Part shown: piece by piece, positions 26,382 to 35,061 of the stretch
Layout of the letters: every line of letters starts with the position of its first letter
Numbering within the stretch: the stretch's first letter is position 1
Source of the DNA: Candidatus Micrarchaeota archaeon
GTDB lineage: Archaea; Micrarchaeota; Micrarchaeia; Anstonellales; Bilamarchaeaceae
NCBI GenBank assembly: GCA_964647855.1
Contig: CAZYJW010000002.1
Span: 244,399 to 308,398 of the forward strand
Reading direction: 5' to 3'
DNA length: 64,000 nt
The notes under the pieces: generated by a model
Databases searched by the model: none
Seen by the model: only the letters and a program-made list of their open reading frames with translations
Told to the model about the DNA's origin: nothing
Translations under genes and position numbers: made by a program

Positions 26382-26945
26382 ATGTCGCAGGCCCGGGTCG
26401 TGCAGGACGACAACGTGACTATAGTCTACACCAGAATCCCCGAGGGGAAATACACCGAGGCGAGGACGCGCGACCCTCCGCAGGAGTTCGTCCAGGTCAG
26501 GCTTTCCGAGCAGGCGCGCCAGTTCCTGAGGCGCCAGGGATTCAGCGAAAAGTTCATCTCGAGCCTGCACATGATGCTCCAGGAGGCCACCAACGTGGTC
26601 CACAACACAATCGTGCGGGGGCAGAGGACGAGCAGGGAGGGATACGACTTCTCTGTCCCGCTCCAGCCCCAGAGAAGGGAGATGCCCTCGGACATCAGGA
26701 ACTGCTGGACCGAGATGGGGGAGGAGGGCGGCCGCTCGATAAAGATTCCGGACATCTCTTCGTACTTCCCGACGCTCCCCGGCTATGCGAGCACCTACCA
26801 TGCGTTCGCGTCCGCCGAAGGCCAGCGCTTCATGAACAGATACTACGTAACGGGATGGCTGCGGCAGGACCCGGCCACAAGCGAATGGATTGTCGCGCCT
26901 CCCGCGCCCCTTTCGCAGATAACGCCCTCGCGGACGCCCAGGTAA
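26382..26945 (+). CDS. Hypothetical protein
   Basis: 187-aa ORF with non-repetitive composition. A TATA-like TTTATAAT lies at 26351-26358, about 24 nt upstream of the ATG. Confidence 0.55.
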   Translation: MSQARVVQDDNVTIVYTRIPEGKYTEARTRDPPQEFVQVRLSEQARQFLRRQGFSEKFISSLHMMLQEATNVVHNTIVRGQRTSREGYDFSVPLQPQRREMPSDIRNCWTEMGEEGGRSIKIPDISSYFPTLPGYASTYHAFASAEGQRFMNRYYVTGWLRQDPATSEWIVAPPAPLSQITPSRTPR

Positions 26946-26971
26946 ATAAAGCTTGCGCGGGTTTCCCCTGC

Positions 26972-27637
26972 ATGGCATCGCTCTCATACGGCGCCGCGTT
27001 CCTGGCCGGCCTTGCGGGATTCGCGTCGCCCTGCGTGCTTCCCCTCGTCCCCACATACCTCTCCTACCTGAGCGGCGTCGCCTCGAAGGATGCCGAAGGC
27101 GCAGGGAGCCGCATCCTCGCAAACACCATCGCGTTCGTGCTCGGCCTGGCGTTGGCGCTCAGCGCGCTCGGATTCCTGCTCGGGGCTCTGCTTGATGCGG
27201 TGAGCGGGGAGATGCTCCTGCTCGCGAGCAGGATGAGCGGCGCCGTCATCGTCCTGTTCGGCCTCTATATACTCGGGTTCGTCAGGCTCGGCTTTTTCGA
27301 GGGGAGGAGGGGGCTGCGGCTTCCCGCGCACGCGTCGCTCGCGGCTTCCTTCGGAATAGGCGCCGCCTTCGCGGTCGTGTGGACGCCCGTCATGGGCGCC
27401 TTCCTCGCATTCGTGATAGCCCTGGCGATATCGTCGCCGTCAGATGCCCCGCTCCTGCTCTTCTCATACGCATGCGGGCTCGGCCTTCCGTTCCTAATCG
27501 TGGGGGCGTCCGCCTCGCAGGCCGCGGCATTCATAAAAAGGCACGCCCATGCGATGGCGGTCTTCGACAGGGCCATGGGGCTTATGGTCGTGATTATCGG
27601 GCTGCTCCTGATACTTGGCGGCGTCCCGTTCGCATGA
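26972..27637 (+). CDS. ccdA: CcdA/DsbD-family thiol:disulfide transporter membrane protein (cytochrome c biogenesis protein CcdA-like)
   Basis: MASLSYGAAFLAGLAGFASPCVLPLVPTYLSYLSG... carries the signature SPCvLPLvP motif. It has about six hydrophobic helices and a second Pro-containing half (VWTPVMG). The track ORF 26333..27637 is an artefactual upstream extension in the same frame. Confidence 0.8.
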   Translation: MASLSYGAAFLAGLAGFASPCVLPLVPTYLSYLSGVASKDAEGAGSRILANTIAFVLGLALALSALGFLLGALLDAVSGEMLLLASRMSGAVIVLFGLYILGFVRLGFFEGRRGLRLPAHASLAASFGIGAAFAVVWTPVMGAFLAFVIALAISSPSDAPLLLFSYACGLGLPFLIVGASASQAAAFIKRHAHAMAVFDRAMGLMVVIIGLLLILGGVPFA

Positions 27638-27698
27638 AGTAATGGATGCGCAAACTGGATAATAGGGTTAATTAGTTTTGTTTCCGGATACGCCAGGC

Positions 27699-28325
27699 AT
27701 GGCAGGCGCATTCAAGGAGTTCGTATCCGCGTTATTCAGGGCTATTGCAAGCGAGGATAAAACGTTCCTCAAGGCGGCATATCTCGACTGGTTCGAATCA
27801 TCAGGCCTGATGAAGGGCGCGAAATTCGAGGATTTCTTGGACGCGGCGATGCCGGAGCTTAAGGCGCTGGCCGGCTGCAGGCTAGTGCGCGAGGAATGCT
27901 TCGATAATTTCTGCATCGCGCACCTGAAGAACGCGGACGGCCCGGAGTTCGAATACACCTTCAGGAAGAAAGGTGATTCGTACGCATATTTCAATGAGAG
28001 GTCAGGATTCGCCCGGTTCAGGAAGGTTTATGCCCTGGGCTACTTTGTCGAGGGAGGGAGGCTGCGCGTCCTTTTCAACGGGAAGCGTTTCCCGGTGGTT
28101 TATGAAATCGGGTCCTCAGGCGCCGTGTCGCTTATCAACTCCGCGCTGAAAGTCGGCGCGAACGAGATTACGCTGGAGCCGGCGCAGGCCGGAACGAAGG
28201 TCAGGGCGTCAATCCGGATCAGCAGCGACGTGGAGGGCGGCATCATCAACAGCGCGCAGGGAGACGTGCTTGCCTATGACGGGGAGGTGTCCGGGCCAGT
28301 CACCCTGAAATTCGAGGCGTCGTGA
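27699..28325 (+). CDS. Hypothetical protein
   Basis: MAGAFKEFVSALFRAIASEDKTFLK.... ATG 27699 lies 24 nt downstream of the AT-rich TTAATTAG at 27668-27675. The track ORF starts at TTG 27678. Confidence 0.55.
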   Translation: MAGAFKEFVSALFRAIASEDKTFLKAAYLDWFESSGLMKGAKFEDFLDAAMPELKALAGCRLVREECFDNFCIAHLKNADGPEFEYTFRKKGDSYAYFNERSGFARFRKVYALGYFVEGGRLRVLFNGKRFPVVYEIGSSGAVSLINSALKVGANEITLEPAQAGTKVRASIRISSDVEGGIINSAQGDVLAYDGEVSGPVTLKFEAS

Positions 28326-28329
28326 GGCT

Positions 28330-29475
28330 TCATTCGAGCGGAGTTATCGGGACCCGCCTCGTGGTGAACGTGGTTCCGAAGCCGTCCGGGCGGGGCGGGC
28401 CCGGGGTTATTTCATAATCCGGGAACATCGCCTGCAATCTCGGGAATTCGGTTTCCTCGTAACCGGCATGGACGACTCCGCCCTCGATGAACAACGAGTC
28501 CCCGTCCCGCCGGAGGAAGCCGCCGCTGTGGACATGGCTCCGGAATTCATCGCTCACGGGGCCAAAGCTCTCGGGCGGGTTATATGGATCGATATTCAGG
28601 TATTCGTCATAATAGGCGACGATGTTTTCCCTGGTCTGGATTAGCAGCTCCGTGGGGACCAGGTTGGACAGGCATACGCCGTCCCCGTGGACATACCTGT
28701 CGATTTCCGGGATGTGCATGATTCCGTGCCCATCCTCCCCGGCGCCAATCGATTCGGAGCGGACATAATCCGCCCGGATGCCTATCGAGCGGAGCATCGT
28801 GACGAGCGTGAATACCGCGAGGTGGCAGCCCACGACGCGCTCCTGGAAAACGTCCCGTATGGAGACCTCCGTGGGGTCGGCCGAACTTTCACCGGCATGG
28901 CCCGCATCATAGACCGAAGGCGAGTAGTCCCCGTGGTAATGGGGAAGGTTCGCCTGCCCCCAGGCGACTATCCTCCGAACGCGGCCTTCGACTGTGGTTT
29001 CGCCCCGCACAAGCTCTTCGGTGAATTCCCTGACCAGTCCGGTCTCCCCTTCCATCACCGAACCCTCATACGTCCAGTCCGAGGCGCATCCGGCCGTCCG
29101 CGGCACGAGGGCGAGCGGCCCGAGGATGCGGGATGCGACGGCCCCCGCTATCCTTTCCGATAGCCGGGGCTCCGCAGTTTCCTGCCGCCTCGCCTCGGCC
29201 GGCCCGGGTGCCCGGGGCACGTTTGCCCCGCGCAAACCCGAAACCATCCGCTCGAGCTCCTGGCGCAAAGGGGCGTCGCGTTCCGCCAAAAGGCGGGCGT
29301 TTAGCGCATTCGCCGCCAGCGCCCTCTCGCGCGAATCCGGCGGGCTCCCGAGCGCGATTTCGTCCAGCCTTCTCGCGGCCCGGATGCGCGCGGGCAGGTC
29401 CGGGCCGTTCAGCTGGATTTCAAGATGCCGGATTTCCTCGCGGGGGGATTGCGCCCGCATCGATGCCTGCGACAT
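28330..29475 (-). CDS. Transglutaminase-like cysteine peptidase-fold protein with N-terminal HEAT-like repeats
   Basis: Start chosen at ATG 29475 (MSQASMRAQSPREEIRHLEIQLNGPDLPARIRAARRLDEI...). The core RVVGCHLAVFTLVTMLRSIGIRADYVRS...GHGIMHI...D fits the Cys-His-Asp transglutaminase-like pattern. The upstream 138 codons of the track ORF run through a structured repeat region and were rejected. Confidence 0.6.
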   Translation of the reverse strand: MSQASMRAQSPREEIRHLEIQLNGPDLPARIRAARRLDEIALGSPPDSRERALAANALNARLLAERDAPLRQELERMVSGLRGANVPRAPGPAEARRQETAEPRLSERIAGAVASRILGPLALVPRTAGCASDWTYEGSVMEGETGLVREFTEELVRGETTVEGRVRRIVAWGQANLPHYHGDYSPSVYDAGHAGESSADPTEVSIRDVFQERVVGCHLAVFTLVTMLRSIGIRADYVRSESIGAGEDGHGIMHIPEIDRYVHGDGVCLSNLVPTELLIQTRENIVAYYDEYLNIDPYNPPESFGPVSDEFRSHVHSGGFLRRDGDSLFIEGGVVHAGYEETEFPRLQAMFPDYEITPGPPRPDGFGTTFTTRRVPITPLE

Positions 29476-29520
29476 GCCAATCGGATTTGTTTGGCAGCGC
29501 AGAGTTTTAACATTGATGCC

Positions 29521-29810
29521 GGGAACCCGAAACAGGAAACCGAAAAGAGGAATTGGGCAGTTGTGAAATCTCCGACGAGATTTCACTTCCCGCACTTGTT
29601 CGCCGTTGCGAACAAGGCGCACCAAGTTCGCCGAGCGAACTTGATTGTCCCAATTTTCCGTTAGGCAAAACGGAAGACCGGGAACTGGGAACCAAGGGAA
29701 AATTGGGCTGTCGTGAAATCCCTGCGGGGCTTTCACTTCTTCCCAAAATCCCAGCCGGCAAAACGGAAGACCGGAAACTGGGAACCAAGGGGATTTTGGG
29801 CCCGCGCGGG
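29521..29810. repeat. Hairpin-rich block of degenerate direct repeats resembling the element's attachment-site arm (probable integration scars)
   Basis: 45-nt direct repeats lie at 29664-29708 and 29757-29801 (GGCAAAACGGAAGACCGGRAACTGGGAACCAAGG..TTGGGC). AATTGGGC-GT.GTGAAATC modules lie at 29551 and 29701. Perfect 9-bp hairpins lie at 29563-29586, 29595-29616 and 29623-29643. The segment 29530-29558 resembles 36770-36798, next to attR. Confidence 0.7.
29796..29810. repeat. attL core: 15-bp direct repeat TTGGGCCCGCGCGGG (copy of tRNA-Val 3' end)
   Basis: Identical to 36793-36807, which is the discriminator, acceptor and start of the T-stem of tRNA-Val. Confidence 0.7.
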
Positions 29811-30004
29811 TCAGATGTTTCCTGTTTGGTGTTTTGTGTTCTGGGTGCAGCGTCGTGAGTTCTGCGGTTCCCGCATGTCGTTCCGACATGGGGCGCAGAG
29901 AACGAAGTTCTCTGCCGTTCCGTTCCGAGTCCAGCAGGTTTCGGCTGCTGCTTTCCGAACTGTTTTCCGTCAGATCTCATACGGTTCACCTTTATTGGCA
30001 TTAA

Positions 30005-30994
30005 CTAATCTTCGAGTACCAATCCCCAAATCCGTTTCAAAGGTAATTCGGCTTTCAATTCATCATCAAATTTATCGTAATACTTGAAAATCTGTCCGAG
30101 TAAATTCCCGAGGTCCCATAAGCGCATGGAAAAGAATGCATCCTTGGCTTCTGATGTAGCTTGAGAGGTAAATCCACCCGCAGAAACCAATATCCCTTGT
30201 TCAGCTTGGTACTTTGACATGACTCCCCTCAGTTCCCGGACAACCTTCACATCTAAAGAAGAAGATGACGATTTTACCTGCACGCATACTCTGGGTTTTT
30301 CAAATCCTAATGGTCCTGCTGCCGCAAGGATATCGACCCCACCGTCAGGACCAGGAGGAGATAATTTTGTAACGTATCCTTGAGCCTGAAGGATTGCATC
30401 TACCAATCGGGCTAGATTATGCCCCTTAAATTTCGAATTGATATGTTTTACGATTTGATCCTTTGCATTCTCTTCTATATCGACGAGTTCTTCTTCAGTT
30501 ACGGTTTCAGTTCCTTGTGTTGAGATTCCCCCTTCTTGCAGCAGCTTCTTGATACGATTTTCGGCGTCATTTCTTTCAATTTTACCTACGGTTAAAAATG
30601 CCCCCAAGGAGTAGAGAATATCTTGGTCGAAAGCGGAGCGTGGAAGAGTCTTTATCCATTTAACTCGTCGAATATGTTTTATATTATTGGCGAGTTCTTT
30701 GTATTCATATTCTCCCTCAACTTTACCCAAGACAATGGATGATTGCGTCTTGAGTGGAAGCGCCACCAAGTCGCCCACTTTTATCTCATGAATAAATCTC
30801 CAAATCTGGCCTACCTGATTAGCAGCCTTCATTTTCTTTGAATCCGGGTATGTTTTTGAATAGAGTTCAGCAAGTTCTTGTCTAGACTTAATTTTTGATA
30901 AATCGGGCAGCTCCTCCCAACCAATTACAACTACTTTATTCTCTAATGCTCCCGTTTCTCGTTCACCGTAGCTACCAGCTCGAACAAGCCAAAT
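30005..30994 (-). CDS. mrr: Mrr-family (type IV) restriction endonuclease with N-terminal EVE/Mrr_N-like domain; start codon uncertain (first ATG at 30832)
   Basis: The catalytic domain GPDGGVDILAAAG...RVCVQVKSSSS..V.ELRGVM......GILVSAGGFTSQA shows the D...QxK Mrr_cat pattern. In-frame upstream of the first ATG, hand translation gives (I)WLVRAGSYGERETGALENKVVVIGWEELPDLSKIKSRQELAELYSKTYPDSKK, the normal N-terminus of this family. That stretch has no ATG, GTG or TTG; an ATT lies at 30994-30992. Confidence 0.7.
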   Translation of the reverse strand: MWLVRAGSYGERETGALENKVVVIGWEELPDLSKIKSRQELAELYSKTYPDSKKMKAANQVGQIWRFIHEIKVGDLVALPLKTQSSIVLGKVEGEYEYKELANNIKHIRRVKWIKTLPRSAFDQDILYSLGAFLTVGKIERNDAENRIKKLLQEGGISTQGTETVTEEELVDIEENAKDQIVKHINSKFKGHNLARLVDAILQAQGYVTKLSPPGPDGGVDILAAAGPLGFEKPRVCVQVKSSSSSLDVKVVRELRGVMSKYQAEQGILVSAGGFTSQATSEAKDAFFSMRLWDLGNLLGQIFKYYDKFDDELKAELPLKRIWGLVLED

Positions 30995-31155
30995 ACTCAG
31001 AGAATCACCATCCTTTGATTCGTATTATTACTGCATTTCTTTATACCTTTTCGCTTACGCTATCGAGATTGGCATACTATTCTGCGGCACACATCTGACC
31101 AGAAAACCATGCATTGTGGATTTCTAGCCTTCAGTTTATCCTTCGTCCAAGACGG

Positions 31156-31518
31156 TTACGTATCACCACGTTCGTTCATCGTCTTCCTCAGATTGAATAG
31201 CATTGACCGGATTTTCACCAACCGGCCCATGAAATCCAAATGCTCGCGCTGAGGCAGAACTTTGAGTTCCTTCATCATGTCCATCCAGAATTCGCATTCG
31301 TTGGCCTCGCCTATGCAGGTAATTACCTTCTGTTTCATGGCGGCCTTCGATTCGAAAGCGGCCATCTCCGCCAGGTTCGCGCAGATTGATGAGGCAGAAG
31401 CCAGCAATTGCTCCTTCGCCCGATATGAAGTCTGTTTGGTTTCGAAGAAAACGTACAAATCTTTAGATAACCTAAATGCGTCATCGTAGACGACTAGGTT
31501 CTTGAAATTCTGCGTCAT
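31156..31518 (-). CDS. Four-helix-bundle protein (23S rRNA intervening-sequence protein family)
   Basis: MTQNFKNLVVYDDAFRLSKDLYVFF......SASSICANLAE....S.... fits the family pattern. A strong SD GGAGGTG lies 5 nt upstream of ATG 31518. Confidence 0.65.
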   Translation of the reverse strand: MTQNFKNLVVYDDAFRLSKDLYVFFETKQTSYRAKEQLLASASSICANLAEMAAFESKAAMKQKVITCIGEANECEFWMDMMKELKVLPQREHLDFMGRLVKIRSMLFNLRKTMNERGDT

Positions 31519-31984
31519 TGTCCCACCTCCGAATAATACCAATTTCGATAACATTCCCCTTCCCAGAGCCCATTGAACTGACATATCATTTCCATTTCCT
31601 CACCTTTTATTGGCCATGCGGGTTCATTTCCGCACAGACCCCTGCCCGGCTTCCTTAAGTCCGGAATTTCCGGCGAGCTTCACTTCGAAGCCCGGCTCTG
31701 GGAGTTAAGGGCTGAAGAAGTGAAGCGAAGAAATAGCGTTTCGAGTTCTGGGGTTTGGGTCCGAGGGAGCGAGTTCGGTGCGATTTTTATTGCCTTTAGC
31801 GATAGCGACCCGAAGCGATGCCGGAAAGGGCATTATTGGTTTCGGTCGCTAGGCCGAACCGCGAAGTGGCTTTACCATTAAGGCTTTTCCCGGCTGAGCG
31901 AGGGGAAAGGAATAAAATGAGCACGCCGGAAGGCGAGAACGAGCGACCGCGCAAGAAAGGAAGGATTTAAAGTTTACTTTCCTG

Positions 31985-33841
31985 TTGGATAGCATGCGTA
32001 TCTGCCCTAAGTGTGGCCACAAAGCAAGACGTGCAGAGTTTTGTGAAAAATGTGGTGCACATTTAGCACAAATGAAAAAAAAGAGCGAGGGGCCGACTAG
32101 TCCAAAAGCATCTTCAATTTCTCCAGTATTGCTTGCGATTTTTTTAGTTATTATATTAGGTGGCATAGCGCTCGTCATTAGCATTGCAGGGGGATTGGCA
32201 GTGTATGTGGGAGCATTACAATCACCCACGACACTTTCAACGAATATCAAAACAGGAGCAGATGGTTGTGCAGGTACAATCGATTATATTGTCGACCTAA
32301 AGGACGCAAATGCCGAGGGACTGGCTGGTCAAAAAGTCACAATATTTGCAGATGGTGACGAAGTAGAAAAACTGGGAACGGATCAAAATGGCCATCTCGC
32401 AGCCACTAAGGAGATACCGATAGAATGGTGCGGGAAAACAGTTAATTTTACAATTAATTACGGCGGGGATATTTTTCATAAAAATGTTTCCGAATCAACA
32501 ATAGTCACACTAAAAATACCGACAAAGTTGCAACTTTCGGCGCCAAGCCAAGCCGTAAATAACACAGAGACGATAGTCAATTGCACATTAATCAATCTGG
32601 TTGATAATAATCCAATAGCAAACAAAAGCATCGTAGTGCCCAATAGCGTTTCAATTCAGACAAAAACAGATGCGCAAGGAGTTGCTCAGATACGAGTAGT
32701 ATTCAATGAAACAGGGATCAAAAAGATAAAGGCAACTTTCAATGGGGACGATTCATACCTCAGCTCCGAAAGTTCGCTCAACGATGTGCTTGTTGTTCCA
32801 GAAACTTGTAGCGATGGCACGATTGTGGGGGAATGTTCGGATAAAAACCAGGGGCAGTATTGCCTCAAACTTCCAAAAAACGTTTCTACAACACTAGAAG
32901 TTAGTACTGCATTGATTCCGAATTGTGAAGTATGTGCGTGCGCAACTGGCCTCGTATGTTATAGGGATGCATGCATAGCCGAAGAACAAAGAACCACACA
33001 ACTTATCGAAGAACTACAGGATAGTATCGTGTACGTAGAGCACTCTTATGCAACTGGTTCTGGCGTTATTCTCTCACAGAGTGATGGGGAAACCATTATC
33101 TTAACGAATAAGCATGTGGTGGAAGGAGCCAGCAGTATAGGTGATGTTGAGATAACCACCTATGGCCAAAAGACAACTTATGCAAAAAACATACTTGTTG
33201 CGCCAAATGAGATGGACTTGGCTATAATCTACGTTTCAGGGACGTATGGTACGCCTGCTAAGATAAATTACTCTGAGCAGCACTCAAAAGGTCAAGCAGT
33301 TATAGCATTGGGCTCCCCACTGGGGATTCAGGGGAGTGTATCTGATGGAATAATTTCTAATTTTATTTATGATATCCCCTCAGATGTGTATTCTTACGAT
33401 GTAATACAAACTGATGCAGCAATTAATCCAGGTAACAGTGGGGGAGGCCTATTTTTGAAAAGCACGGGTAGCTTGATAGGCATCAACACACTTGTATTAC
33501 CGTCGGAATATGGGCAAGAAGGACTTGGATTCGCTATCGATATTAAGGAATTGCAAGCTCTACCGTCTTATTCAAGTTGGGAAACCTTTACACCAACCCC
33601 GAGGTGTTTCGATGGAACTCCCTATGGTTCTTGTTCTATCTTTTTCATAGGTAAAATGTGCTTGGGTGGATACCTTGAGGATAAATGCGAATTTTGCGGT
33701 TGCCTATCGGGCCAGTACTGCCCATCCAATGGAAAGTGCTTCTCCTGCCCAGCCGGATACACACCTTATGAGGATTATGGTGGAGAGCCGTTCTGCTGTC
33801 CGCCAGGGACAATCGGGTATGTCGGGGGATACTGTTACTAG
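31985..33841 (+). CDS. Membrane-anchored trypsin-like (S1C/HtrA-type) serine protease with N-terminal zinc ribbon and Cys-rich extracellular regions
   Basis: Zn ribbon CPKCGHKARRAEFCEKCG. TM helix ISPVLLAIFLVIILGGIALVISIAG. Ig-like repeats. Protease triad contexts TNKHVV (His), DLAIIYV (Asp) and INPGNSGGGLF (Ser). The C-terminus is Cys-rich. The start is TTG 31985 or ATG 31994. Confidence 0.75.
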   Translation: MDSMRICPKCGHKARRAEFCEKCGAHLAQMKKKSEGPTSPKASSISPVLLAIFLVIILGGIALVISIAGGLAVYVGALQSPTTLSTNIKTGADGCAGTIDYIVDLKDANAEGLAGQKVTIFADGDEVEKLGTDQNGHLAATKEIPIEWCGKTVNFTINYGGDIFHKNVSESTIVTLKIPTKLQLSAPSQAVNNTETIVNCTLINLVDNNPIANKSIVVPNSVSIQTKTDAQGVAQIRVVFNETGIKKIKATFNGDDSYLSSESSLNDVLVVPETCSDGTIVGECSDKNQGQYCLKLPKNVSTTLEVSTALIPNCEVCACATGLVCYRDACIAEEQRTTQLIEELQDSIVYVEHSYATGSGVILSQSDGETIILTNKHVVEGASSIGDVEITTYGQKTTYAKNILVAPNEMDLAIIYVSGTYGTPAKINYSEQHSKGQAVIALGSPLGIQGSVSDGIISNFIYDIPSDVYSYDVIQTDAAINPGNSGGGLFLKSTGSLIGINTLVLPSEYGQEGLGFAIDIKELQALPSYSSWETFTPTPRCFDGTPYGSCSIFFIGKMCLGGYLEDKCEFCGCLSGQYCPSNGKCFSCPAGYTPYEDYGGEPFCCPPGTIGYVGGYCY

Positions 33842-33922
33842 GATTAAGCAGATTGTGCAAAGATAAATGAGTATGAGTAAAGCGAGAGAATGAATGAGTT
33901 CATACTTTTGCACCATAAAAAA

Positions 33923-34738
33923 CTAGATTTTAGTTGAATTGCTCCAACGATGTTCGAAAATAGCTTTTAAGTTCGGCAAGAATCCATGAACAAAATCTTT
34001 TGGGAGAAATATTACGAATGATTCCTTATTGCCTAAGTCCTTGATACCATGGCCGATTACGACAAGTGCATTTTTTGCGATAATGTATCGGTCATGCAAT
34101 TCATAACCATTAGAGTAGCGACGCAGTTCTATATTCTTGAATTCAGATTTGAAGCGTTGTAGATTTTTATTAAATTTTTCTGCATTTCTCTGCTCTTCTC
34201 CACCCAACTCGGAAGATAAAAATCGTATTTTTCTATCATTACCAAACAGAGATAATACATGAAATGTCCCGTTTCCATAATATCGATCAACAATGCATAG
34301 TTCACCCTCTAAGCGTTCAATAATTTTTGGGAATTCTTTATTGAGATCAGACCAAGACTGTTCACCTGAGTAAAAGTGAACGCCCATGGAAGAGGTGAGA
34401 AAACTGTTCGCTTGTAAGAATTTCCTGCCAAGAACCGTAATCTCGTAATATACCTTTCCCGCTTCCTTATGAGCTTTGACCTTTTTACCCGCGCGTGCAA
34501 ATGCCCGGAGGATTGTTTTTTCGTCCAGTGGAATTTCCCTAAGTTGAAATAGAAGGTAACTGATGGCTTTTGCAGTTAGCCTATTGACGACTCCACTGTC
34601 CTTTGTGATCTCTAAAATCCATAATGCCTGCGCTAGCGGTTTCAAATCGGTTGGATTTGGGAATTTGGATAAATCCTTTTTTTTCAATGCCCGGCAGATC
34701 TCTTCCTCGGAGGCGTAACCCATCATATCACCAAACAT
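33923..34738 (-). CDS. Hypothetical protein: N-terminal winged-helix-like region plus C-terminal PLD-fold MIT_C-like domain (HDRY motif)
   Basis: The C-terminal half LCIVDRYYGNGTFHVLSLF..RKIRFLSS.....LQRFKSEF..IELRRYS..ELHDRYIIAKNALVVIGHGIKDLG follows the MIT_C PLD-like pattern as I recall it (DPYI...LT...HDR.I...G.GLD). It overlaps the upstream gene by 11 nt. Confidence 0.5.
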   Translation of the reverse strand: MFGDMMGYASEEEICRALKKKDLSKFPNPTDLKPLAQALWILEITKDSGVVNRLTAKAISYLLFQLREIPLDEKTILRAFARAGKKVKAHKEAGKVYYEITVLGRKFLQANSFLTSSMGVHFYSGEQSWSDLNKEFPKIIERLEGELCIVDRYYGNGTFHVLSLFGNDRKIRFLSSELGGEEQRNAEKFNKNLQRFKSEFKNIELRRYSNGYELHDRYIIAKNALVVIGHGIKDLGNKESFVIFLPKDFVHGFLPNLKAIFEHRWSNSTKI

Positions 34739-35057
34739 ATGCCTTGTATTTCTTTTCTGCCGTTGATTTTGTGGCTTTCCGAAGGAGTTTTCTATTTGCT
34801 AAACGAAGCAACGCAACTGTGACTCGGTCTGATTCACAATGGTACGTTCCTTGGAGTTTTTTATGTACTTCATCAGCGGTTTTTGGGCTTGAGAAAAAGC
34901 CATTATCACGAAGAGCAAGGATGTGGTCGGGGAGTCTGAGATTTCCTTTTGCTGCGTGGTGGGAATTTTTTTTTGCAGGCTTACCTTCAAGTAAGGCCAA
35001 CCTCTCTTCATGATTTTTTAATAACCGCTCAACTTCATCAAACTTAGTTATCGTCAT
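34728..35057 (-). CDS. Hypothetical small protein (coiled-coil plus winged-helix-like C-terminus), middle gene of a 3-gene operon
   Basis: Start chosen at ATG 35057 (MTITKFDEVERLL...). An SD GGGGTGG lies inside the end of the upstream gene, with a 4-nt gap to that gene's stop. Confidence 0.55.
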   Translation of the reverse strand: MTITKFDEVERLLKNHEERLALLEGKPAKKNSHHAAKGNLRLPDHILALRDNGFFSSPKTADEVHKKLQGTYHCESDRVTVALLRLANRKLLRKATKSTAEKKYKAYVW

Positions 35058-35061
35058 ATTG

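Noticed and set aside
29521-29810. Possible CRISPR array, because of short repeats and palindromic stems
   Set aside because: The repeats are degenerate, of unequal length and irregularly spaced (periods of about 93 and 150 nt). They have no uniform repeat-spacer organisation and match the att-arm of the adjacent element. No cas genes are in the window.
30895-31098. Plus-strand 67-aa ORF upstream of the Mrr gene
   Set aside because: It lies antisense to the in-frame N-terminal domain sequence of the Mrr-family protein, and it has no supporting signals.
31849-32250. Minus-strand 133-aa ORF overlapping the protease gene start
   Set aside because: It overlaps the well-supported protease gene on the opposite strand, has odd composition, and has no start or promoter signals.
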